Of a DNA stretch of 64,000 bases, positions 1 through 13,420 are shown one piece after another (position 1 is the stretch's first letter; the number at the start of each line of letters is the position of its first letter). The notes beneath the pieces were generated by a model. That model ran no database searches and was not told where the DNA came from. It saw only the letters and a program-made list of their open reading frames with translations. This DNA is from Octopus sinensis (taxonomy: Eukaryota): assembly GCF_006345805.1 (NCBI RefSeq), contig NC_043021.1, positions 806,001-870,000 on the forward strand, given 5' to 3'. Position numbers and translations under genes: made by a program.

Positions 1-90
1 AATATAGACAAGTAAAAATCTAAACATACATACACATATACACATATAGATTTGTGTGTATGAACACACACACACTTTTTCTTTATAATG

Positions 91-127
<37 letters not shown>

Positions 128-891
128 ACACACACACTCTCTTCCTTATTATTCTATTTCCCATCCGGAATAATTAAATCTATTTATGTACATCTGAACA
201 TATACACTCCTTATGTATCTAAATATATATACCCCTTATATACACCCTAACTCATCCCTACACCTTTATACAACCGTAGTCATGGTAACCCTTACTCTGG
301 TTACTCTGGTTGGGGTCTCTTATGTAATATCTGTCCGACAATACCTAAAATAAACTCCTTAAATCTCACCTAAGCGACCCCTTCCCCTTTGTCCATCTGT
401 AATTATGCTAACCCTTGCTTCATGTAGAAGGGGTCACCTATTTATGTAACAGTTGTGTAAAATAGCTGTTAAAATAAATCCCTGGTCAGTCACCTAACTG
501 ACCCCAAGACCCCTTTGGGTCTGTAATTATACCCTTTCCTTCTTCCCACCACCCGCCAAGGTAGGGCTATGGCTATTTAGGCCCTGTTCACAGACATTAT
601 TGCTGTAATGGGGGGGGGTATTAATTAGATGTTTCTATATCGAGACGCTTGTTAGACACTTCCTGTTTCAGGTAGTTACGACTGTACACACACGCACGCA
701 CACACACACACTCACACACACACACACACGTATATATATATATATACATGTGCAGGTGTGTATATAATCTGTGGTACATATGTATATATATAAATGTATA
801 TATGGTCAGTAGGATATATATGTATATGTACACACACACAAACGTAGTCGGTAGGATATATAGGCACATACAGGCGTGTATATAGTCTGTA

Positions 892-921
<30 letters not shown>

Positions 922-925
<4 letters not shown>

Positions 926-1158
926 AGCAAAATACTTTATTTCACGTGGCTCTGTTCCACTCAGCAGGCAAAAAGGAATTGTATTTGTATTTCAAGGGCC
1001 AGCCTTGTCACATTCTGTTTCACGCCGAATCTCCCTAAGAACTACGTGAAGGGTGTCTGTTTCTGTGGAGTACTCAGCCACTTGCACATTAACCTAACTC
1101 ATAGACGGTTCTATTGATCGGATCAACTGGAACACTCGTCGTCGTAACCGACGGAGGA
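922..1158 (+). mobile_element. SINE, 5'-truncated copy (3' region shared with the 43881 element)
   Basis: gtatttcaagggccagccttgtcaca...gagtactcagccacttgcac matches 44080-44190. Confidence 0.75.
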
Positions 1159-1479
1159 TCAGTTAATATTTACAAATGTAATATTTGCATATTTGGCAGG
1201 ATACACACATGTGACCATTTTGCAAAGAACGGAATTCTTAGCGAGATTTTTCATCTTCCTCTTCATAATGTTCCGTTTTTCTCGACCATTTTCTTTGATT
1301 CGTCTCAGATCCTACCATTTAAAACCTGCCGGTTTACAATTCTTGTTGTCCCCTTTACACCGGCAGTTTTCTATTTTCCAGATCACTGAATCATAATCTT
1401 CATGAATTTTGTCAAACTGATTCTAGGTTTTCTTCCTAAATCCATCCTGCATCTGTGTCACATCGAAGACTTTTGTTCT

Positions 1480-1830
1480 TCTTCGAGACGTGTGGAAGAT
1501 GTTTGCATCCATTAAAGAACAGCTGGACAAGGCCCTTTGTGCCAAACTCTGTAAAAGCACCACCTTACCTTCATGGACTGCCATGAAGAAGGAAAACTGA
1601 CGATAGTAGAGAAGGCCATGCTTGGAATAGTCTTGAAGGACTATATCTGAAATGAGATCCTTTTAGAGACGGATTGACATGAACGATGCAATCATGGTCT
1701 GGTGGAAGCATAATTTGTACTCGTCCAGACATACACAAGGTTCACAGAAAGCAAGAGAACTTATGTTGTAGTTGAGTGGCATCCGAGGGATGGTGAGAGA
1801 CCGCTTAGATCACCTCCAAGACGATTGGAA
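1480..1830 (+). mobile_element. Decayed RTE-clade LINE, 3' end of ORF
   Basis: Broken translation EKAMLGIVLKDYI*NEIL...YVVVEWHPRDGERPLRSPPRRLE resembles the RTE C-terminal motif (AMLG.SLRD.IRNE...EW.P...RP.GRP..RW). Confidence 0.65.
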
Positions 1831-1839
1831 AACTAAATA

Positions 1840-2045
1840 TTCGTTTCTACTCTAGGCACAAGGCCGGAAATTTGGGGGAGGGGGCCAGTCGATTAGATCG
1901 ATTCCAGTATGTAACTGGTACTTATTTTATCGACCCCAAAAGGATGAAAGGAAAAGTCGACCTCGGCGGAATTTGAACTCAGAACGTAACGGCAGACGAA
2001 ATACGGCTAGCATTTCGCCCGGCGTGCTAACGTTTCTGCCAGCTC
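1840..2045 (-). mobile_element. tRNA-derived SINE, family A
   Basis: Reverse complement matches the 15456 copy (gagctggcagaaacgttagcacgccggg...gagttcaaattccgccgaggtcgac...). Confidence 0.9.
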
Positions 2046-2417
2046 TGCGTGTGAATGTGTGTGGGCGCGCGCGCGTATGGTAGTAGCTGTAAAAGCTACA
2101 TGAGTGCTACACGAGAGTCTGAATTTTTATGCAAGGCAATTCCTTGCACGAAACGCTGAGCCTCTGCATCACTTTATGTAACTTCACAATTAATGAAGAA
2201 AGAATCATATTTCCTCTACTTTATGCATTGCGTTCTATTCCGTTTTAACCATCAAATCTACATACATATGTGTTTATATACGTGTGTTGTGTGAGTGTCT
2301 ATATGTGGATATGTGTGTATATGATATATATATACATACACACATATGTACGTATATATGTATATGTGTTACGCGGGGAGTCGTAAGGTTACCTATATCT
2401 TGTGTGTGTGTGTGTGT

Positions 2418-2467
<50 letters not shown>

Positions 2468-3949
2468 CGATATTTAAACTTCATTCCAAACTGTGTTGAT
2501 GACACCCATTACTTCCCCTTCTTCCTGAAAAACTGTCAACTCAACCTTTATAAATCAGTTCAAGTCTCTAATATAATAATATCCTCCCTGAAATCTTGTT
2601 TAATCACTGACCTTTTCTCTAATCTACTTAAATTTGATATCTCTTCCATCTTTAACTCCTCTCTCGTCACTGGCCATATTTAACACGGCTTTATATTACA
2701 AACAACTGACCTTTTTTTCTTGGACTATTTAACACCGCCATCTTTAGATAATTTTACTCTACTCCATTTAACTCTATTATGTCCACTGTCACCGACACAC
2801 CTTTGTCCCCCACATATAACTGACCTCTTTACACCTTATTTATTCAATCATGTCTGACACATTTCATTAAGATTCCTCCCATATTTAACTTACTTTCTTT
2901 CCGCCATCTTAAATTGGTCGGTTGATGAAAATTTCAATGATATTTTCCACCATTTTGGTTCCTCTGAAACTCTATTAAACATGGATTTCGCCTCGCATTT
3001 AATGGGTCAAATATCAAGTTAACCTGACCTTTGTCCGCCTACTTAAGTAATTTCATGTGTTGCAGCCGTTTTTAACTACCTTTTCGTGGACAAGCTATAC
3101 TCACTTGACTTCATTTCCGTCCTGAGAGGGCTGAGTAAACCGTCTGGCTTCGGTTTCTATTTTATTCACGCCAAAATGTTTCATAAATGGCATTATCAGC
3201 AGATAAGCTCTTTTTGCAACTTGTCAGCATGACATCAACTACACATACAAGACATCTTGATTTGTCGGTCGTATTGAAACGCAGCAGACGACAGATTCAG
3301 ACAAAGCTTGATGTAGAACCCAGTTATTTATTGTCGGCAGATCTCTCCAGTTGGTAGCTTTGTTCTTGTTAAAATTTTTTGTGTTTAAAAATTAACATCG
3401 TTAATGTCATTCTTTATCTCAGACCCACTCTTATTAAACAGATCCATTATTCTACTTCTTCACTTTCTTCATTTACTCCTTGATTTTTTTCTCAGTCACA
3501 ACGTTGCATTACTCAGTTGCTTTAAGATTTGGTATCTTGAGCTTCTTCAAGTCTCGTCTTCAATTACATAGGCCCAGGATAACATCCTATGAATTCTCTC
3601 TTTCTTTTCGTCAGTCTTTCGATAGCTTATTAATGAAGTACCACCTTAATGCTATTACACATAGAGTTGACATATATGCGTGTAGCAAAGTGAGAGCAAC
3701 AAACCTGCCGCCCACGTTGATCTAAAAGACTGCCGCGGAGCCTGGCTCTTTCAATTTGTCCACATCGAATCTTATACGTGGAGTTCTTAACTTAAAGAGC
3801 TTCATCGGTTTCAGCATTGAGTTATACCATGTCGTGATTCGTGTCTATATCAACCCCAGGGAGGGTCCTTGTCTGCAAGAATATTTGGGATGCGAGGACA
3901 AAGTTGATCTGGTTTGGTTATGAGTGTAACAATTAGGTACAGGCCACGT

Positions 3950-4320
3950 TTTAGGACGAAAAAAAAAGAGCTACCAAATAAGAAAAAACGACCAATCGCG
4001 ACTGTTCTTGAGGGCAAAAAGGGTTTTATCTTGACAGGCGAGGCTGCTATTGTCGAAAGATGGCTTGAGTGTTGCAAAGGATTTTGAAACGAAACTCAAT
4101 CGAGACACCAACGTTTTGGACAACGTATGCAACAACAACAACAACAACAACAAAGAATTTGAATGGAATTGGAAGAGGCTGTGCACGGACTCAATGAGAG
4201 AAAACCAGCAGAAGTGAACCAGATGCCAGATGAGCTTTTGTATGATAGAGGGAGAGAAATCATCGTGATAGAGTCAGAGATTGTCAGAGAATATGGGGAG
4301 TAAAGGAGGCGCCAAAATGA
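3950..4320 (+). mobile_element. Decayed RTE-like LINE fragment (linker and start of RT), interrupted by (AAC)n
   Basis: Translations FILTGEAAIVERWLE and ELEEAVHGLNERKPAEVNQMPDELL resemble the RTE pre-RT motifs (ERW.E; EV..A...LK..KA.G.D.IP.ELL). Confidence 0.45.
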
Positions 4321-4355
4321 TGGGCCCGTGCAGCTACACGAGCGCCTGTAATGCT

Positions 4356-4400
<45 letters not shown>

Positions 4401-5274
4401 ACATATATATATAAAAGACTATGGAAACTGAATTTTTCTTTCGTCACACGAGCTTCATGCCGCGCCCATCCTTAGGCGAGAACAGTTGCTCGTTGGAACC
4501 GTCCTCAGCTGAAGATCGTTAGTGGCGTAAAACATGAGTCCTGAAATGAAAATTGATTGTCTACTCTATAACATGTATTGAGGACTCTTCTGTGATTTGG
4601 TCCACACAATTCAACGCCGTGTAGGTGTGTGCATGTTTGTATGCTTGTGCTTATTTTTATCTGTGCATTTTTATGTGTGTGTGCATGCGTGTGGGTGCGC
4701 GTACTGATTTGCATGCATACACACGTGACTATATTTGTATATCTGTATTTACCTATTCATGTGTCCTGCTTAGTATGTACATACACACATATTCTACATT
4801 TAACACCAATTTCTCTGAATGTGTGTGTGTGTGTGAGGGGGGGTATTAACGCCAGTGTGCCAGCCTCTATTTCCTTTAGATTCTGCTATCTTTCATATAT
4901 ATATATACATACATACATACATACATACACACAAATACATACACACACAAACACATACGCACACACACACGCACGCACATACGCACACACACACACATAT
5001 ATATATATATATGTATATATTATTGATTATACATACACTAAATAAATTGTATTCTACGTCAGCGAGTCTGTATAACAATCCATTAACTAATTATCGTTTA
5101 TTTATTATGCATTTTTCTAATTAATTGATGAATTGCATTATTTATTTTTCACACCCTCCGACTATTCTCGGTGCAAAACTCCATTTCAAGGTTGCTTCGT
5201 AGCTTTCGCTTTATTAACCAAATAACTCGTTTTTTTTATATCTTTAAATACTGTAAATTATATATGTCTTTAGA

Positions 5275-5436
5275 TATATTTATATACTCTGAAATATATT
5301 TATACACCCTGGAAAATATCTATTTACACATGTATATATAACCTGAAATATATTTATATACACATGTATATATTCTGAAATATATTTATATACACATGTA
5401 TATACCCTGAAATATATTTATATACACATGTATATT
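5275..5436. repeat. AT-rich minisatellite, ~32-bp unit (ctgaaatatatttatatacacatgtatat..), three good copies plus degenerate ones
   Basis: Unit recurs at 5343, 5375 and 5407. Confidence 0.85.
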
Positions 5437-5959
5437 GAATGCAAATCTTGCAAGTTTCTCATTTAGTTTGTAATTGTTCCTTCGTCGTGGATTTTCTTTC
5501 TCTTTCGTTTTAACTTTGGATCAATAGAAAATCCTTTGATTCGTTTCTGTCAATGAACTGCGGCCATACTGGGGCATAGCCTTGGCTAGTTTCTAGTGGA
5601 ACAAATCGACCTAAATGTCTTCTGCTGAACAGCTAAGTTAGGGGAATGGGACATAAACAAACCAACACCGGTTGTCAACAGGTATAGAGATACATATTAA
5701 TCAGTTGGGAGCATGTGTCGAGTATTCCGATAGAAGAGGACGTGAGGCAAAAAGACTCTACCAATATGAGGGTTTTACAGGTGTCGCAATAGACCAGTTT
5801 GCAGAAATTTTGTTTCAGCTTGTAAGGGGAGGGGGACGAAGGGGGAAATGGTCAGTTACAAGTTGATTGTGAGTGGAGAGATGTCAAAATACAAAAAAAA
5901 TTTTTTTAAATAATAATAATAATAATAAATGCCGGAACCATCTTCAGCACCTCAAGAAA

Positions 5960-6600
5960 GGTTGCTGAATTTAGTTTATCCTGGTCTCTCACAGAGTTAT
6001 AAAAAAAACATGGGGTATTTTCGAATGTGCCATCTTGGCTCCCCAAAATGAAATTCCGCTGGATATTAAGGGTACCGTCACTCAATAAGTACCTGACCAG
6101 TTCAGATGGTACCTCTCAGCCCACAATGTAGTCGATGTTGACGATCCTGACAACAAGAGTTTCTCAGTTCTTCCACCCCCCACCCCCGCCTACAATCTCA
6201 AAATAGGAACAAACATTATTGTTGCTACGAAGTTTGGATGCACCAAAAGTCTGTAACAGTACAAGACAAGAAACCGCATTTCTTACGCTCCACCCCCGTG
6301 TAATCGAAGCACCGATGAAGATTGACTTTGCCAAAGGAAAAGATAGTATCTATTTCATACACACACACACACACACACACTCACACACACACACACACAC
6401 ACCTCATCCAATCAGATTTTCTGTTTCATTTCGTAAACGTTTTTAGTACCCAGTGTCATTGTCTTTTTCTTTGATCATCAACCAATCCCAAAGACAGTCC
6501 GTCGGGGTTCCTAGAATTGAATTAACCGGACCAAGTTCCTCTCATAGTTAGCTTTGTGATGTCTTCTCGGGTGATGGGAAAACAGACATCTTTTAATCTG
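5960..6600 (+). mobile_element. Helitron Rep/Hel (PIF1-like helicase) remnant in two pieces
   Basis: LVYPGL...AILAPQNE...RWYLSAHNVVD (5960-6165) and IINQSQRQS...SHS*L....SRV (6455-6590) resemble the Helitron helicase motifs RAILAP.N and TINKSQGQS/FSHGQLYVA.SRV. Confidence 0.5.
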
Positions 6601-7597
6601 ACCACCAAACCACACAACTTGAACTGTCGTCAACTCCAGAGCTAACCCCCACCGCCACTACCGCCCCACTCCTCTTGTCAAATAAGTCACAGTTCTGTTT
6701 CAGGTGTTGTACTTCAATTTAGAATTAGAAGAAAAAATATAAAGTAAGCAAAGTATTTTCTGAAGTCAGAGAATTCAAAATTATCAAATAGACAGATTCT
6801 CAAAAGCTTCTGACATCGGGAAACCGTGGAAAACATTCAACATTCGTCTGTATTATATGGCAATAAGAAATATGCAAATGTAATTAAGAACAAACGGTAC
6901 AAATCAGAAATTTGAGTCAATTAAATTGAACAAAAAGTATTTTTCTAAAGAGTCACTGCATTACAATACAAAACAGATTTGTACCAACAAAATTAGACAC
7001 AAAAAAAGTGTAATAAGTCACATATTCGGCGCCGTGATAACGCCGGTTACCTCTGCAAATTGTGTGTGTGTGTGTGTCGATAGATAGATAGATAGACATA
7101 TATTTCAAGTCAAAGAACTCAATACATAAAGGGGGTGTATATATTTATTGAATAACCATGACAAAAGCATAAAGCCTCTAGTTTCGTTGTCATCAGAATT
7201 CGTCAGAGGATATTTCCTGTCGAATTCTGTTTCTGTGATTCCTTGAGACGACGCTAAAAACCAAACCCTGGCCAATCATTGGTTCCCTTTCAGACACGTG
7301 TTTCATCTTATCTGTTTACTCGAATAAGCTGGCCAATATCTTGACATGCGTACGCACGCGGCGTGTGTGTATAGATACAAATACATACACACACACACAC
7401 AATTGTGTGTGTGCATATATATTTATATATATACACACACACACATATAGTCATGCTACAGGTTCGGGTTAATTAATCCAGTGCTAACCCATGCAGTGAA
7501 TTAGGTTTTAGCTTGTATCCGATTAAGACGTTACGTCAGTGAATACGAATGCGGAGAGCACGGGAGTGGACGCGCTTACAGAGACGCACACACAACA

Positions 7598-7646
<49 letters not shown>

Positions 7647-8873
7647 GGAATTTGGCTCAACATTATTATTATTATTATATAAGGGCCGAAGAGAACCAAC
7701 CAAGTACTACATTTGTCACTGCACTCTAAAAATTAGAACACATCTTTTTTGTCAAAGACTTGTAGAACTGATCGATTAATCGAGGTCATTTGAAAGCAGA
7801 TGTACATACATACACACACACATACACACACACACATACATACATACATACATACATACATACATACATACATACATACATACTACATACATACATACAG
7901 GCATGAATGTCTGCATGTAAACAATTCAAACCTAATCTGAATGGAAAATCTGATTTATAATTTTGAATTTAAAACAAATTTCAATGCGAAACAGAGAAAT
8001 AAATTAGTTCCCAGCTCGCATGAGATTTGAAACCGTACCTAACTTTTCCAAGATGAGGGTGTTTGATAACTACAGTACTCCAACGTATAGTGTATTTACA
8101 GTGCTGTCTAAGGAAGATGATTGGGAAAGTGGGGTTGTGTTTGTGGTGGGGGTGGGGCACACGTTTTCATTTCGGTTTTGCGTCATCAAATTTGGAATAT
8201 CCGATCCAAGCAGATCCAGCAGAGTTGCTTTTGCATCTCTCCTCCATTCCATTGTGACAAAGATGCCGTCTGTAGAAACTCGAACCAAAATCGCCGCACC
8301 GAGTCTTTTGGTTACCGTTCCTTCGTAGTAGCTTCTTTCACCTCAAAATACATCGACATTATTTCTACGACGAAGACAAATGGAGAAATATATCCTTCTT
8401 GAAGCAATGCCATTGAAATGCCTTCGTCGAGATTCCTACTCTCCCGTTAACTTTAGCAGATCTTCCATTTCGGTTGTGTGTCTGTGTGAATGAGGGGAAC
8501 GGGGTCTTCGTCTTCAGTTAGCCTACTCTAGGCTCCAAAACATAACTAATATGAACTGTTCTCTAGCACGATAGCTGAGGGTAGCAAAACCTAACCTGTT
8601 TTCATTACAAATAATGAAAGAAATGGGTTGGATATGTCCATAAATCTGCTCTCCTCGTTGGTCTTGCTTTCACACCATAAAATATTTTAAGCTCCCTTGA
8701 GGAAACGGGCGAATTTGAAGCCCCTTTTTCATCGTCCAAGTTTTTACTACGTAGACAAGAATGCTCTGTATTCGGCCCCGAAGAAGGCGAGCCCCTTCAT
8801 ATTTGAAATGTTTGATTAACGGATTGTTTTAAAGCCTGTTACTGGTACTCCACTAACTTTTCTACTATCAGCA

Positions 8874-8919
<46 letters not shown>

Positions 8920-9644
8920 TGTGTATCTGTGTGTGTGTATGTATATATATATATGTGTGTGTGTGTGTATCTGTGTGATTCCGACGTACGTACACACACA
9001 CATACGCACACACATTTCATAAATATTTGATCGGTCAAATTTTTGACTGTCAAATTCTTCTCTTGGCCTTTGTCTCATCCCTTTGTCGCTGCCCTTGTTC
9101 TTTTTGTTGTTGTTGTTGTTGTTGTTAGTAGTGTGGTGGGGGGGGTTGTGGTGATGCTGCTGCTGCCTTGTAAATGGTGATGTAATGGTTGTTGTAGGCG
9201 AATGGGGTGGTTATGAGGGTGAGCTGAAGGAATGGTTGGCGGTGCCGATGGGGGTGTGGAAACAGGTGGTGGAGAGGAGAGAAATATAGAAAGATAAAGA
9301 AACCATGAGACGAGGTGGTCTGATTAGGAGAGGTAGCGACTAATAATGACAAAGGAGGGGGAGGGTTATTGATTTGTATTAGATTTGTTCGGCGGTGGAG
9401 GGAGCAGTGTTAGGGGCCAGAGGGTTTGTAAAGAACTTAAACCCAAAACCAACAAACGTATTCATGTTTCTACATAAACATACACAGATTTACAATTTAC
9501 AAAAGGGGTTGGACACGTGTACTCTCTCTTAAATCTTTGAGGACAGATTTATGTTCATAATACAACAGATATATAATAACAGATAACTGTATTTATCAAA
9601 AAATGCTATGAGGATAAAAATAAACCTTCTTTTTTTATGCTGTT

Positions 9645-9988
9645 CAATAAAACCACCTTCAGCTCCAACAACTGCTTCTGTATGAGATCAAAATCATCTA
9701 CATGCTCGAATCTAGTGGTCCTGGTTCATTTTGGACATTACTCTGACTAGGGCAGCTTTCAGAGAATCTTTTGGTGTTATGGGCATGTTCATTGACCTCT
9801 CTCTCAACAACACTTCACATGTAATAGTCCAATGGATTGAGATCTGGGGAATTAGGAGGCCAAATGATAGGGGTTATGTGATCATGAAAATTATCAGCCA
9901 TCCATTCCTGTGTTACTAGAGCCATGTGAGATAGTGCCGAGTCTTACTGAAACACATATGGCTTTCCATTGCATACACTGTCTATCCA
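9645..9988 (-). mobile_element. Tc1/mariner-superfamily transposase pseudogene fragment, DD37D (maT) type
   Basis: Minus-strand translation WIDSVCNGKPYVFQ*DSALSH...QEWMADNF...WPPNSPDLNPLDYYM*SVVE...GAEGGFIE. 37 residues counted between the second and third catalytic Asp; multiple stops and a frameshift. Confidence 0.85.
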
Positions 9989-10839
9989 GTGCGCGCGCGT
10001 GTGTGTATGGGCCAATATTCATATTAGATAGCTATACGCACATACATAGAAGTAGAAGGGGTCAACTGTGTTCTTTTACAAACCACTTGCCAACTGATGC
10101 CCCACATTCTCCAAAACACCTAAAGTCGATCGTCCAAATCACCCCACCCCCCCACCCAGGAATCGATCACCCTTTTACACCCAGGCAGGAGGAGATCCAC
10201 GCAATATTGAGGAACTTGCAGCCAAGTCTGGCTGATCTGGTCCTGGCATTTATGCTGGTGTCTTGTGGTGATGTTACCGATATAGGGACTGGTGTGACAT
10301 ATAGGACGAGTGCACTTGAAGGTGGGAGAGTCTGTAATTAATATATTATAAGAATTAGGGAAGATCTTGCTTCAGACTTTGGCATGGAAGAAGAAGAAGA
10401 AGAAGAAGAAGAAGAATGGAGGATATTACCAGATTCGTTCGCCACATTAAGAAGACTGTAAATTGGAGTATTTAACGGTCCGTAATTATGTAATTGTCTT
10501 CTAAAAAGGCTGAGAGATGCAATCAAAATTTGGTCGGCGTCTTTCGAAAGGTTGTCTGTTTGCACTTCCTGTGTCCTAGTATTTCATGTACTTTATCCCT
10601 GGACCTCGAACAAACATTTGCCAAACGCAATAACGATCGTGGGCCAACCTTCACTTCACTGACCAAATAATTAGGGAACCTTAAAGGTCTTGGCCGTGGA
10701 TCTTATGTCTGTCACGAGCCCATAGCCTCATTAGATCGGCGGCGTGTATGTGACCGAGATTACAAAACTGACAGCCACGCTTGAACGAACGACCAGTCAG
10801 TCACAGAGTTAAATACACCCCGGGTATTACTGGTGAGTA

Positions 10840-10950
10840 TTTCCAGTTGAGTGGAGTGAAACTATGTAAAATGGGGAGGGTGCTCCAGATCTTAATGTAC
10901 CGCCCGACCTGGGAATCGATCCTACGACCTCACTAAACATAACCACAACG
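10840..10950 (-). mobile_element. Degenerate tRNA-derived SINE fragment
   Basis: Reverse complement shows a B-box-like gtaggatcgattcccaggtcgggc similar to the head of the 43881 element. Confidence 0.45.
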
Positions 10951-11141
10951 AAATGGTAGACTGGGATATAAAACAGGGACAACTACAAAAAAAAAAAAGA
11001 GTCGATACCGGAAGAAGTGCTCCAGTATGGCATGTGCAGTGCAATATGTATTAAACAGGAAATGATGTCGAGATGAAAATATAAGGGGGTTCAACAAGTG
11101 TCTGTATATAGTCAGTTATTTAGCGTGTTTATACACCGTGC

Positions 11142-11176
<35 letters not shown>

Positions 11177-12539
11177 CACACATACATAAACACGCACTCA
11201 GACAGATACGTATATACACATATTCAATATATACACTTTATATACGCAATTTATGTGGGTGTGCATGTGTGTATGTATATAAATATGTGTGTGTGTGTAA
11301 TGTATATATGTATATAAGAATGTATATATCTTTGTGTGTTTATAGATGTTTATGTATCTTATGCGCACATATAAATGCTTATTTCTTATCCATTGTGTCT
11401 ATATAATTATATGCATGCATACATGTATCCATGTATGCATGTGCATATATGTGTGTGTATATATACATATATGTATATATATATATATATGCATGTATGG
11501 TTAAATGTGTGTGTGTGGTGTTGTTCTAAGCGATGCAGCGCGTCTGTGTTAAAACTGTGCACATATTAATTGGCCTCAATTTGAATCAGTCAACAGACGA
11601 GGAGGGGTGAAAGGGCAACGTCTGTGGAAATTCCCCAAAATTTTACCAGCTGAAATTTATCATACGCACAGACACACACACACAGACACACACACGCGCA
11701 CGCACGCACACACACTGACACGTACACGTAACAATGTATACATGTTCTGTACGCGTTCGCATACACAAGCGGCCCGGCATTCATACCACGTAATTCAATC
11801 GTGCAACAGACGGATATGTTTTTACAGTCACAATGTAAGACAGACATGCACACACCCACATACAGATGCGTGCACGCACACATACACATGTATACACGCA
11901 GATACACACACACACACATTCATTCTCACGCATACACGTGTATCTACACTGACATAAATACACACATCCACACACACACACGTGTTTCAGTCACAGGACT
12001 CAGGTCATGCTGGGGCATGAAGATTTCTCTAAACTATTGTTCCTAACTTTGGTCTAAAGGGGTGTAAGAATTACTTTCAGATCCCAAAAACTTTCTCTCA
12101 AAGACCCTCACATCACGGTCCTTGCTCTTCAGACACAGTTTGGTAATTAAAATTCCTCAAACCTACAACTGTGTTCAAAGGTTTTCAGAAACCAATCCAA
12201 AGTCATCCCAGAGCAGAAGAATTCTAGCAAATAGTAAAAACCGAAGCTAAACCACGTCTCATTTACGACGACGGACAAAAGGGAGACGAGGTGTGGCCCT
12301 TTTACATCAATCATTTTGAATCGGGAATGACGTTCGATCCTACACCTCGTGAGGTTTGGAAGAAGTTTTATCCAACGTTTTAGTGAAAATGGAAAATGTG
12401 GAATATTGAAATGCGATGCAGAGAGAAAAAAACCCTGCAAAGAATGGAATAGGAGCAAAAGTGCTTTTCTACCATCAAAACTAAGGAGAGCAAGTTTGGG
12501 AAATCCTCGTTCCACATCACATTAGATATTTAAAAGAGG

Positions 12540-13230
12540 GGAAAATACCTTTACTGTCGAGTGAGTCGAAAATCATCTTGCTTCATAAAAAGGGTGATAA
12601 AAAGACCTTCGAGACCACTGCCCCGTATGCTTCTTGTCTCACTTTTGTAAGCTGTCTATAAAGGTCATGGTCACCAGATTACCGAAATATCTCGATGACC
12701 AACAACCGAGGGAGGAGAAAGGTTTCCGTAAGAACGATGGATCATATATTCACTCTAACACAGCTTATAAAACAAGGGAAAGAATACAAGCTGCCTCTGT
12801 GAGTCGCTTTCGTCGATCACAAAACGGCCTTCGGTGGCATCGAGGTGAATGCAGTGCTGTAGTCTCTAAAAATGCTAGGAATCAAAGAACAATACACAAT
12901 AGATTGGAGTTCTCAGAGAAGTGATCCCGACATGTACCACAGGTATAGCTCTAACTCCCCTCCGCCGTAAGAGTTCTAGTCAAGGATGTCAGACAAGGGG
13001 ATGCTATCTCTCCAAAGCTCTTCCCTACATGTCTTGAGACGGCCACTGGAGACATTGATTGGACAGGTAGCGTGAACAACAACGAGCTACTAACACATCT
13101 CCGATTCAACAATGACATCTTACTCATCACAAAAAAACTCCAGATCAACTGCAGACTATAGTGAGGAAGCTCGACATCCAAAGCTCAGTAGTTGTCCTTA
13201 AAATAACCGCATAAAAACAAAATGAACGCG
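12540..13230 (+). mobile_element. Decayed RTE-clade LINE reverse-transcriptase fragment
   Basis: Broken translation IILLHKKGDK..CPVCFLSHFCKL...LDDQQPREEKGFRK...AFVDHKTAF...VRQGDAISPKLF...LTHLRFNNDILL follows the non-LTR RT motif order (LRFADD degenerate). Confidence 0.85.
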
Positions 13231-13420
13231 GCTCGAAAATGTAGCACGAGGTGGGAGCGCGGTTACTTCTTCCATTGTTACACTTTTATCTGAAGTGGTA
13301 TCTTATCTTCGTTACTTGGAAAACGAAGGACAAAACACTTACAAAGAAATGGAGAGATGTGACAGGAAATGAGGACAGTTTTAGAAAGAGATAATTTTTT
13401 CAGGATTAAAGAGTCTTTCC

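Noticed and set aside
180-600. Telomere-like accctaa/aaccctt words
   Set aside because: Sparse and non-tandem; not a telomeric array.
7172-7215. Hammerhead-like CTGATGA-caac-GAAAC on the minus strand
   Set aside because: No helix II pairing and no GUH triplet after GAAAC; likely chance.
8020-8402. Overlapping 64-102 aa ORFs on both strands in a complex-sequence block
   Set aside because: No recognisable motifs; extending the best minus frame hits a stop at 8343-8345; no clear splice sites.
9910-10341. 143-aa plus-strand ORF
   Set aside because: Partly antisense to the maT relic, starts at a non-ATG codon, and has no domain similarity I can recognise.
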